Shown piece by piece: positions 56,230 to 64,000 of a DNA stretch of 64,000 nucleotides. Numbering within the stretch: the first letter of the stretch is position 1; every line of letters starts with the position of its first letter. Below the pieces are notes generated by a model. The model was given only the letters and a program-made list of their open reading frames with translations. It searched no databases and was not told where the DNA came from. Source of the stretch: a bacterium BMS3Abin02. GTDB lineage: Bacteria; Actinomycetota; Acidimicrobiia; Spongiisociales; UBA4744. Location of the stretch: contig BDSU01000037.1 of assembly GCA_002897675.1 (NCBI GenBank), forward strand, positions 2,399 to 66,398, given 5' to 3'. A program made the position numbers and the translations under genes.

Positions 56230-57397
56230 CTGCGTCTCCCAGCATCTCGTCGAAGAGCGCGACGACGTCGTCATCGGAGGCGTTGACGCGTTCGAGATAC
56301 TCGATGAACAGTTCGCGAGGTGGACGGCCGAGGCGCACGTCACGACCCGTCGCGCCGATGTCTCTCGGCGAGGCCAGCAGCACATCGACGGCGTTGGGGA
56401 ACAGCTCTCGGACGACATCGCCGAGCCCGGCCCGTGCGGGTTCGTGCACGACGATCTTGAGGTACGCGTCGGCGAGCTCTGCCTCACCGGCCCGGGTTTC
56501 GAGTTCTTCCAACGTGCCGGCGAGTTGGATGAGTCGCCTTCCGGCGGTGAGGGGAACCGGGCGGACCGTTGCGGGGAGTCCCGGTTCGGCGTCGACGACG
56601 AGCAGGCCCTTCTCGTCGTCTCTCTCACCGAAGTCGAGCTGCATCGGTGATCCCGCGTACCAGACGGGCGCGGGTGCAGGGACGGATTGCAGGCGATGCA
56701 GGTGTCCGAGTGCGACATAGGACAGGGCGCCGCCGAATGCGGTGGCAGGGATCGCATAGTCCTCGACCGTGAAGGCGACTCGCTCGCCGCCTCCCAGCCT
56801 CCCTTCGGCGATCATGAGGTGGGCGACGACCAGGTTGACGTCGTCGGACGTCATGCCTTCGGTGAGCTTGTCGAGGATCGCTTCGACACGGCCCGCGTAC
56901 TTGCCGCCGTGTTCGAACGGGTCGAGCGCCATGAGGTCGTCGGCGGTGACGATGCCCCGTTTGCCGACGAACGGCACGAGGGCGATCCGCGCCGTCTCGC
57001 CCGTCTCGGTCAGGATGCGCACGACTCCCCCTTCCTCGGGGCGTTGGAGCGTCGCCCCGACGGTGACCCGGCCCATTTCGAAGAGTGGAGCGACGGCCCG
57101 CCACCGTCTGGGATGGTCGTGGTTGCCGGCGATGAGCACCACGGGAGCGATGCCGGAGAGGTCGAGGAGCGCCTGGTAGACGATTCGCTCCGATTCTGCG
57201 CTTGGCGCAACGACGTCGAACGTGTCGCCGGCGACGAGGATCAGGTCGACCTCCTCACGGCCGGCGACATCGGCGATCTCCGCGAGGACGGCACGATGCT
57301 CGTCGGCGCGGCTGCGTCCCCGGATCGATCGCCCGACATGCCAGTCGGCGGTGTGCAGAATCTTCACGGGCCCGATGGTACCGGCAGGGTGGGACAT
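56219..57397 (-). CDS. sbcD: SbcD/Mre11-type nuclease
   Basis: HTADWHVG, AGDTFD, GNHDH and GHLH phosphoesterase motifs. GGGGAGGGA Shine-Dalgarno. Confidence 0.9.
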   Translation of the reverse strand: MSHPAGTIGPVKILHTADWHVGRSIRGRSRADEHRAVLAEIADVAGREEVDLILVAGDTFDVVAPSAESERIVYQALLDLSGIAPVVLIAGNHDHPRRWRAVAPLFEMGRVTVGATLQRPEEGGVVRILTETGETARIALVPFVGKRGIVTADDLMALDPFEHGGKYAGRVEAILDKLTEGMTSDDVNLVVAHLMIAEGRLGGGERVAFTVEDYAIPATAFGGALSYVALGHLHRLQSVPAPAPVWYAGSPMQLDFGERDDEKGLLVVDAEPGLPATVRPVPLTAGRRLIQLAGTLEELETRAGEAELADAYLKIVVHEPARAGLGDVVRELFPNAVDVLLASPRDIGATGRDVRLGRPPRELFIEYLERVNASDDDVVALFDEMLGDADAT

Positions 57398-57403
57398 CTC
57401 CCT

Positions 57404-57457
57404 CCCCTTCTTGCGTGAGACACCGACGTTATCCGCACCTGGCTCATGCAAGAACGG
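57404..57457. repeat. hairpin element copy A
   Basis: CCCCTTCTTGCGTGAGA, then a 23-nt loop, then CTCATGCAAGAACGG. The arms form 12 bp, including one G-T wobble on the + strand. It fills the 68-nt spacer between sbcD and the decarboxylase gene. Confidence 0.75.
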
Positions 57458-57465
57458 AGGAGAGG

Positions 57466-58821
57466 ATGAGGGGCCTCGGTCGCGCCGCTACTCTGCCGCC
57501 CATGACGGTGCAAATCCCCCAAACAGGCAGGCCCCACGACGAGATCCTCGACGAGATGCGAAGCTTGGCACAGGCCGAGGCAAGCTGGGAGGAGGGTCGC
57601 ACCTGGAGCCTCGTCTACCACGCCGGCGAGGAACACACCGAGTTCCTGAAGGAGGCCCATGGGCTGTTCTTCTCCGAGAACGCTCTCAACCCGCTGGCGT
57701 TTCCGGCGCTCCGTCGCTTCGAAGCCGAGGTTGTACGTATGACCGCGTCGATGCTCAACGGTGACGATCGGGTCGCAGGCACGATGACTTCGGGCGGCAC
57801 CGAGAGCCTTCTCATGGCTGTCAAGACGTACCGGGACTGGGCCCGGGCGACCAAGGGGATCACCGAGCCGAACATGGTGCTGCCGGTGACCGCCCATGCC
57901 GCGTTCGACAAGGCCGCCCACTACTTCGGTGTGCGGCAGGTGCGGGTCCAGATAGCCGACGACCTGCGGGCGGACCCGGCGGCAATGGAGGCTGCGATCA
58001 CTTCGAACACGATCCTCATGGTCGGCTCGGCACCGGACTACCCGTTCGGACAGGTCGACCCGATCGAGGACCTGGCCACGATCGCGCTGGGCCGCGGCAT
58101 CGGCTTTCATGTCGACTCCTGCCTCGGTGGGTTCCTCGTACCGTGGATGGAACGTCTCGGTGTGCGGGTGGGTCGGTGGGATTTTCGCGTCCCCGGGGTG
58201 ACATCGATGTCGGCCGACGTGCACAAGTACGGCTTCGCGGCGAAAGGCGCTTCGACGATTCTCTATCGAACGCCGGAACTCCGCAGGTTCCAGTTCCACG
58301 TCACCACCGACTGGCCAGGCGGCATCTACGCGTCACCATCGATGGCGGGCACCCGGCCGGGTGGCCCGATCGCCGCCGCGTGGGCGGCGTTGCAGGCGAT
58401 CGGACAGGACGGCTACCTGACGATGACCGAGCAGATCCTGGACACGTCGCGGCGGCTCATCGACGGGGTCCGTTCCATCGACGGTCTCACGATGCTCGGT
58501 GACCCGAAGTTGAGCGTCTTCTCGTTCGTCGGCACCGACGTCGACACCTATGCGATCGGTGACGTCCTCGAGTCGAGGGGCTGGCATGTCGACCGCCAGA
58601 TCAAGCCTGCGTCGCTGCATTTCATGGTCACGCCGGCCCACGCCGGGATCGTCGATGCGTTCCTCGAGGACCTCCAGAGATCGGTCGACGAGGTGCGCGC
58701 CCACCCCGAACTGGCGACCAGCGGCCAGGCGGCGATGTACGGGATGATGACGACGCTGCCCGATTCGGACATGTTGGAAGAGATCGTTCTACAGACCCTC
58801 GACGGCCTCTATTCGACTTGA
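57466..58821 (+). CDS. group II PLP-dependent decarboxylase fold, sphingosine-1-phosphate-lyase-like
   Basis: TSGGTESL and SADVHKYGFAAKG (PLP-Lys), as in SPL-type enzymes. GGAGG lies 5 nt upstream of the ATG. Confidence 0.85.
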   Translation: MRGLGRAATLPPMTVQIPQTGRPHDEILDEMRSLAQAEASWEEGRTWSLVYHAGEEHTEFLKEAHGLFFSENALNPLAFPALRRFEAEVVRMTASMLNGDDRVAGTMTSGGTESLLMAVKTYRDWARATKGITEPNMVLPVTAHAAFDKAAHYFGVRQVRVQIADDLRADPAAMEAAITSNTILMVGSAPDYPFGQVDPIEDLATIALGRGIGFHVDSCLGGFLVPWMERLGVRVGRWDFRVPGVTSMSADVHKYGFAAKGASTILYRTPELRRFQFHVTTDWPGGIYASPSMAGTRPGGPIAAAWAALQAIGQDGYLTMTEQILDTSRRLIDGVRSIDGLTMLGDPKLSVFSFVGTDVDTYAIGDVLESRGWHVDRQIKPASLHFMVTPAHAGIVDAFLEDLQRSVDEVRAHPELATSGQAAMYGMMTTLPDSDMLEEIVLQTLDGLYST

Positions 58822-58832
58822 GCCTGAGCCGG

Positions 58833-59936
58833 TCAGCCCGGCCGAAGCAGATACGCGAGCGCGATGCCGGCGTAGTTGCCGATTGCGTACCCGACGACCC
58901 CGGTGGTGAGGCCCGAGACGAGGACTTGCCGGTTCTTCAACGCGGCGGCGACGGGCGGGACGAACGCCGGGCCGAACACTGCCGCGGTCGAGGTGATGAG
59001 CACCGTGTCTGTGTCGATCCGAAAGAAGGTCGCCAACAGGTAGTGCAACAGGATTGCACCGATGAGGACGATGGCGACGAAGAGAAACACCTCGCCGAAG
59101 GCTCCGACGAGGCGTCTGACGTTGGCGAGCGTGCCGACGGCGACGGCGAACACGAGGAGCAGAAACTCGCCGGTTTCGAACGTGCCTGGAAAGTTGCGGA
59201 TCTTCGGGGCGAAGGAGGCGAGGATTCCGACGGTGGTGATGGCGAGGATGACGGCGGCGATGGGTAGGTCCGGAACGAACAGGTAGACGATCCCGACGGC
59301 GACTCCGGAGGACAGGATGCTCAGTCCGACGGCGGCGAGCACGTGCCGCCACCCGAAGTCGTTCCGGGTGCCGTCGTCGAAGTCGTCGCCGAGGCGCGAG
59401 TAGTCGAACGCCGGCAGGAACTTGCCGAGGACCCGTTGGGCGATCGACAGCAGGAACAGCAGGTACACCCCGGAGAGGATCACGTCGGCGCCGTTGAGGA
59501 GCACGAACGTCTCATCCGGGACACCGAGGGCGATGCCGATGGCGCTCATGTTCGGGGTGCCGCCCGTATACACGCCGACGGTCATGCCGGCCATCTGCCA
59601 GTCGTGCGGCCCGGCGAGGATCAACGTCGCGGTCGCCGCGGTGATGATGACCGCCACGGCGGCGAGGGTGAACGAGATGACGGCCGGTCTTGCTATCCGC
59701 AACCATGCCCGGAAGTCTGTGGTGAACAGCAGCAGCGGGATGGCGAGGAGTACGGTCGCCTCGGTGAACGTCGTGGCGAGTTCGGTGTTCATGAAAACCA
59801 GGTTGCCGAGAGCGATGCCGAACAGGTAGCAAAGGACGATCGGCCCGAGGAAGCGCAGTGCCTTGTACTTGCGTGCTCCCCATTGTGCCGCCACGGGGAA
59901 GCCGACAAACAGCACTGCCTGGATGACCAAACTCAC
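58833..59936 (-). CDS. polytopic membrane protein (DUF819-like, tentative)
   Basis: About 10 TM segments, GTG start. Converges on the decarboxylase gene with a 12-nt gap. Confidence 0.75.
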   Translation of the reverse strand: MSLVIQAVLFVGFPVAAQWGARKYKALRFLGPIVLCYLFGIALGNLVFMNTELATTFTEATVLLAIPLLLFTTDFRAWLRIARPAVISFTLAAVAVIITAATATLILAGPHDWQMAGMTVGVYTGGTPNMSAIGIALGVPDETFVLLNGADVILSGVYLLFLLSIAQRVLGKFLPAFDYSRLGDDFDDGTRNDFGWRHVLAAVGLSILSSGVAVGIVYLFVPDLPIAAVILAITTVGILASFAPKIRNFPGTFETGEFLLLVFAVAVGTLANVRRLVGAFGEVFLFVAIVLIGAILLHYLLATFFRIDTDTVLITSTAAVFGPAFVPPVAAALKNRQVLVSGLTTGVVGYAIGNYAGIALAYLLRPG

Positions 59937-59959
59937 GATGCGACGGTAGTCACGTCCAA

Positions 59960-60013
59960 CCCCTTCTTGCGTGAGAAACCCGCCGATATGGTGGCGAACT
60001 CACGCAAGAAGGG
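59960..60013. repeat. hairpin element copy B
   Basis: Same 17-mer CCCCTTCTTGCGTGAGA. Perfect 15-bp arms (59961-59975 / 59999-60013) and a 23-nt loop. It begins directly after the herA stop codon. Confidence 0.8.
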
Positions 60014-61693
60014 TCAGGTCAGGCCTTCGAAGGGGTCCTCCGGCACGTCTCCCCCGCCGATCGGTGGGCCCGCCTCCGAAGCCCGGGTGGCCCAGGCGGG
60101 GAACGGGAACTCGAGAACGACGGGGATCGGCAGCTCGGGCTGGGCGACGATCATCGTACCGGGCTTCATGATGGTGGCCCGCTGCCGCTGCACGACCGGC
60201 AGGAACCCGTACTCGTCGCGACCGGCCTCGGCCGAATCGAGACGCCCGACCACACGGATGGCGGAGTTCGCGATGATGCGCCGCTCCACCTCGCTTGCCG
60301 TCTGCTGGGCGCCGATCAGGATCACGCCGAGCGACCGTCCGCGCTCCGCGACGTCGAGGAGGATCTCCTTGATCGGGCTGAACCCCTCTCGCGGTGCGTA
60401 CTTGTTCAGTTCATCCAGAACGAGGAACAGCAACTCGTCGGACTGGCCCTGGCGTTCCTTGTCCTCGAACGCCCGGCGCACGGTGACGCCGACGACGAAC
60501 CGCTTCGCCCTGTCGTTGAGGTTGTGAAGGTCCACGACGGTCACCTGTTGCCGCAACTCGATGCGGTGTTGCTCCGCGCCCGGGAGATCACCCCTGACGA
60601 GGTGCTCGACATGACGGACGGCTCCCTGGATGCGGCGAACGAATGCGTTGACGGTTCCGATGCCGATCGCAGGACCTGCCCACTCGCCACGCGTGCCCTC
60701 TTCCTGCACCTTTCGGGTGATGAGGTCTGCGAGGTCCCGGAAGGTCCGAACCGACTCGCCATCGATCGACACGCCACCGTCGTCCAGAACGGTCGCCTTG
60801 CGCAGGCGAGCCATCACGTTGTACACGACCATCGTGTAGTGGGCGCGGTCGTCCTCGGCATCGGCAAAGAGGAACGGCAGGAGATCCTGCGTGCAGAACT
60901 CGGCGATCGTCCAAAAGAACGGCGTGACACCTTCGTGACGGGACCGCACGTCGGGTGCCGCAGACGGCGACCCATGCTTCGGTGGCACGTAGATGCCGAC
61001 GGACCGGAACGGAGTCGCCGGGAGACCGAGGGTGCGATACCGCTTGGCCTGGTCGTCGCCCATCGCCAGGTTCGGACGGTCGAGAAACAGCAGGTCCTCG
61101 CCTTTGACGTTGAAGATGAGTGCCTTCGTGTTGACCGCCCGCGCACCCAGAACGCCCGAGGTGAAGAGGCTGTGGAGCAGGAAGGTCGCGTAGGTGGTCT
61201 TCGTTGCAACACCGGAGACCCCGGAGATGTTGACGTGGGCGCCCCGAGCGCCGTCGACGAATTCCAGGTTGACGAACATCGGCTCACCCGACCTGCTCAA
61301 ACCGACGGGAATCCGATCGGTCATGCGGTCGAAGAACAGCGCCCGATCCCGCTCCTCTCCCGTCGCGCGCACGACACCCTGCCCGGGACGCGGCGGGACG
61401 AAGGTCTCCGGTTCGAAGCGCGTCGCGATCACCTTGGCCGCCTCGCTGACCTCGGCCGGCAGCACGCCGTCCTCGATCAAGAAGACGTCCGAATCGAACC
61501 GGGCGCCTTCGTGGCGGGCTCGCACCTGCTCCACGATGCCGTAGATGTGCACGGTGTCGCCGCCGGGGAGGGTGCGTTCGAGAGCGACGACGTCGTCGAG
61601 CTGCAGGTACTCACCCGGGGCAACCCCCACCCAGAACTCGAGCGGTGTGGCGTCTTCGGTGCCGATGACGCGCCCGACGATGTTGTGTGTCAT
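60014..61693 (-). CDS. herA: HerA-like (DUF87) hexameric ATPase/helicase
   Basis: HAS-barrel-like N-terminus (IVGRVIGTEDATPLEFWVGV...IYGIVEQV), P-loop region GVSGVATKT, and Walker B LFLVLDELNKY. Confidence 0.8.
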   Translation of the reverse strand: MTHNIVGRVIGTEDATPLEFWVGVAPGEYLQLDDVVALERTLPGGDTVHIYGIVEQVRARHEGARFDSDVFLIEDGVLPAEVSEAAKVIATRFEPETFVPPRPGQGVVRATGEERDRALFFDRMTDRIPVGLSRSGEPMFVNLEFVDGARGAHVNISGVSGVATKTTYATFLLHSLFTSGVLGARAVNTKALIFNVKGEDLLFLDRPNLAMGDDQAKRYRTLGLPATPFRSVGIYVPPKHGSPSAAPDVRSRHEGVTPFFWTIAEFCTQDLLPFLFADAEDDRAHYTMVVYNVMARLRKATVLDDGGVSIDGESVRTFRDLADLITRKVQEEGTRGEWAGPAIGIGTVNAFVRRIQGAVRHVEHLVRGDLPGAEQHRIELRQQVTVVDLHNLNDRAKRFVVGVTVRRAFEDKERQGQSDELLFLVLDELNKYAPREGFSPIKEILLDVAERGRSLGVILIGAQQTASEVERRIIANSAIRVVGRLDSAEAGRDEYGFLPVVQRQRATIMKPGTMIVAQPELPIPVVLEFPFPAWATRASEAGPPIGGGDVPEDPFEGLT

Positions 61694-61763
61694 GGCGGCG
61701 AGCGTACCAGCGGGGGGTGACGGGTTCGGGTCGCCGCCGGGCCGTCGGGTGTAGGTTGACCGT

Positions 61764-62660
61764 ATGGACTTGCCCGAGCTGCAACGTGTCGTCTTCCCGG
61801 CACACGAACGAGGCGAGTACGGGGAGGCGCTCGACGCCATCGATCGGTACCAGATCAAGGATCCCGATGAGGTCGTCGACGTGGCCTTCTGGCGGATGTG
61901 TCTGCTGTCGCTGCTCGGGCGAACCGACGAGGCGTGCGCCGAATTCGCCCGCAGACTCGACGAGGGGCTCTGGTGGGGCGAACGGATCATCGCCGATCAC
62001 GACCTCGACGCGGTGCGTGACGATTCGGAGTGGCAGCGGCTCGCCGCCGTCAGCATCGCACGAGCGGAAGAAGCGACGACCGGGCCGCTCGAGCCTCTCG
62101 ACGTCCGGCCCGACGGAGAGACCGTGGGGACGCTCGTGCTCCTGCACGGATTCGGTTGGCGTCCGCAGTCGATCCTCGACCGGTACCGGCCTGCGCTCGG
62201 CTGGGGGTACCGACTCGTCGCGCTCCACGGCACCGTGCCCGTCGCCGCGGGACGGTTCGCCTGGCCGGCCGAGGGTGCCGAAACAGTCGCGATCGGACAA
62301 CTCCATCAGATCGGTGACCCGGAGAGGCCCATCTTCTCCGGGTTCTCCCAAGGCGCGGGCGTCGCCGTCCGGCTTGCCTGGTCCGGCCGGGTCGACACCG
62401 CCGGTGTCTTCCTGGTTGCACCGGCGTTCGGACCTCGCGGCGCCCCAACCCCCGACACGGTGCAGCGGCCCGTCCCCACTGTCATCCTCGCCGGCAGCGA
62501 AGACCGACGCATCGACAAGATCCGTCGAGTGTCAAAGGACCTCCAGGCCCTTGGCACGCCGGTGCGATACGACGAACGTCGTGGCCTCGGACACGACTGG
62601 CCCGGCGACTTCGCCGAGACCCTCAAAGCCGCCCTCGCCTGGATACGAGCCGAGCTGTAG
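61764..62660 (+). CDS. alpha/beta hydrolase (carboxylesterase/dienelactone-hydrolase-like) with helical N-terminal extension
   Basis: Nucleophile elbow GFSQG and a C-terminal HDW motif. Confidence 0.75.
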   Translation: MDLPELQRVVFPAHERGEYGEALDAIDRYQIKDPDEVVDVAFWRMCLLSLLGRTDEACAEFARRLDEGLWWGERIIADHDLDAVRDDSEWQRLAAVSIARAEEATTGPLEPLDVRPDGETVGTLVLLHGFGWRPQSILDRYRPALGWGYRLVALHGTVPVAAGRFAWPAEGAETVAIGQLHQIGDPERPIFSGFSQGAGVAVRLAWSGRVDTAGVFLVAPAFGPRGAPTPDTVQRPVPTVILAGSEDRRIDKIRRVSKDLQALGTPVRYDERRGLGHDWPGDFAETLKAALAWIRAEL

Positions 62661-62708
62661 GTCACCGCGACGAGCCACAGTGCTCCATCCTCCGGTAGCC
62701 TGCCGGAC

Positions 62709-63392
62709 GTGAAGACCGATGATGACGCGCGCTCGACGCCTGAGGCCATCGCGACAGGTATTCTCGGAGGCATCCTCGGCGGAGCGGCCCTCTCACCGTT
62801 CGGTTTCGCCGCGCCGGGAGCGATCGTCGGTGGTCTCAACGGCTTGATCTCAGGATGGCGCCAGATCTACGACTGGCGGCGGCCGTCCGGATGGACCGGA
62901 TTCGTCCTCGACTCCACATGGGGGCTGATCGGCACGGCGTCGGCGCTCGTGCTGCACGCGCTGCAGGCTCCCCGCAGCGCCTACGTCCCGAACTTGAGCC
63001 GGCGCCGGGGCAGGCACGTGTACGGGCGGGGGCTCACCATTCGCAAAGGATTTGCGGTTGCCGTGGGGAACGCGGTCACCAATGTCGGTGAAGGCCAGGC
63101 CCGGATCGACCTCCTGGAGCGCCACGAAATGCTGCATGTGTGGCAGCATCGCCTGCTCGGCCCACTGTTTCCCACGATCTATGGACTCTGGATGGTCGGC
63201 GGCGCCGCGGTGGGCGCCACTCTGGCGCTGGTTCGGGGGGACGATCTGCGACAGACGATCGACACGATCGCCTACTACGACAACCCGTTGGAGTACTGGG
63301 CCTACCGCCGCCAGGGCCTCTGGCCTCCACCCAACACCCACGCGCGGTACGTCTGGGGCGGTCGCAAACGTCCCCCCGACACGCCCGCCTAA
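62709..63392 (+). CDS. membrane protein, unknown function
   Basis: Gly-rich hydrophobic segments, an HEMLH-like motif (ERHEMLHVWQH), GTG start. Confidence 0.6.
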   Translation: MKTDDDARSTPEAIATGILGGILGGAALSPFGFAAPGAIVGGLNGLISGWRQIYDWRRPSGWTGFVLDSTWGLIGTASALVLHALQAPRSAYVPNLSRRRGRHVYGRGLTIRKGFAVAVGNAVTNVGEGQARIDLLERHEMLHVWQHRLLGPLFPTIYGLWMVGGAAVGATLALVRGDDLRQTIDTIAYYDNPLEYWAYRRQGLWPPPNTHARYVWGGRKRPPDTPA

Positions 63393-63402
63393 CCCTTCTC
63401 TC

Positions 63403-63451
63403 GAACCCTGGGCTCGTAGATACCCTGAGCGCATCTACGAGCCCAGGGTTC
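63403..63451. terminator. bidirectional terminator hairpin between convergent genes
   Basis: Perfect 19-bp stem GAACCCTGGGCTCGTAGAT / ATCTACGAGCCCAGGGTTC with an 11-nt loop. Confidence 0.6.
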
Positions 63452-63457
63452 AATGGT

Positions 63458-64000
63458 TTAGCGCACCGGGACCACCCGGTAGATCGTCCCGCCGCGCGTT
63501 ACGACGAGCAGCTCGCCATCGCCGTCGAGGCCGAACGACGTGACGTTCCCGATCGAGTCGGCCCACTGCTGCTCGTCGGTCGCCATCCCGTCCTCGTACC
63601 GGAAGCTTCGGATCCACCCCGAGCAGAAATCCGAGTAGAAGTAGGCGCCGTCCAGTTCCGGGATTGCAGCACCCCGATACACATACCCGCCGGTGATCGA
63701 ACAGCCCTGCGAATGGTCGTACTCGAGCACCGGCAGCGTCAGACCTTCCGTGTCGCACCCCTTGGCGGGTTTGAAGCAGTGGACCCCTTCGGTGATCGGC
63801 CATCCGTAGTTCAACCCGGCCCCGCCGACCGGCGCCACATCGACCTCTTCGTACTTCTCCTGACCGACGTCGGCGATGTACACCAGCCCATCGTCGAACG
63901 CGAACCGCCACGGGTTCCGCAGCCCGTACGCCCACACCTCCGGCGCACCGCCGCCGTCCACGAACGGGTTCTCCGACGGGATGACGTAGCCGTCCTCCGG
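63458..64000 (-). CDS. PQQ-dependent sugar dehydrogenase (soluble GSDH family), C-terminal part (5' end outside the window)
   Basis: IPSENPF, YGLRNPWRFAFD and GGYVYRG motifs. The frame is open to the right edge. Confidence 0.85.
   Translation of the reverse strand, partial: PEDGYVIPSENPFVDGGGAPEVWAYGLRNPWRFAFDDGLVYIADVGQEKYEEVDVAPVGGAGLNYGWPITEGVHCFKPAKGCDTEGLTLPVLEYDHSQGCSITGGYVYRGAAIPELDGAYFYSDFCSGWIRSFRYEDGMATDEQQWADSIGNVTSFGLDGDGELLVVTRGGTIYRVVPVR

Noticed and set aside
57398-57465. A LexA box (GAAC-N4-GTTC type) or mycobacterial RecA-independent DNA-damage promoter motif (TGTCGGTG-N8-TAnnnT) upstream of sbcD.
   Set aside because: Only a partial GTCGGTG is present, and the downstream hexamer (AAGAAG) does not fit TAnnnT. 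No GAAC-N4-GTTC is found here or upstream of herA.
1-64000. Mobile elements, prophage genes, CRISPR arrays, tRNA and rRNA genes.
   Set aside because: No transposase, integrase or recombinase motif appears in any frame. There is no regular repeat-spacer array. No intergenic spacer has tRNA-like or rRNA-like sequence. This was a scan by eye only, so tRNAscan-SE and Infernal should confirm it.

Overview
High-GC bacterial chromosomal segment. Gene content looks actinobacterial: Lnt, a PAC2-family protein, and many lipobox lipoproteins with Thr/Ser/Pro linkers. An Acidimicrobiia-like origin is only a low-confidence guess. I call about 60 tightly packed protein genes, many joined by ATGA or short overlaps. 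By eye I found no rRNA, tRNA, CRISPR array, transposase, integrase or prophage gene, so this reads as core genome rather than an island. Most long ORFs in the six-frame track are antisense or shadow frames of real genes, as expected in GC-rich DNA. The main items worth a second look are: (1) a herA ... sbcD(mre11)-sbcC(rad50)-nurA-like cluster in the archaeal gene order. It is split by a two-gene wedge, and that wedge is bracketed by two copies of a ~50-nt hairpin element sharing an identical 17-mer; (2) a Rieske [2Fe-2S] domain fused to a complete ThDP (TPP) enzyme; (3) a translationally coupled class-III aminotransferase / kinase-like / CapA-FG-GAP lipoprotein / large lipoprotein operon; (4) an orphan near-consensus promoter plus hairpin that could define a ~150-nt sRNA; (5) a split ACAD10/11-like kinase + acyl-CoA dehydrogenase pair, and a mixed seven-gene string carrying a type-IIIA (plant/fungal-like) P-type H+-ATPase. 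All family calls come from motif recognition in the supplied translations. No database search was run.
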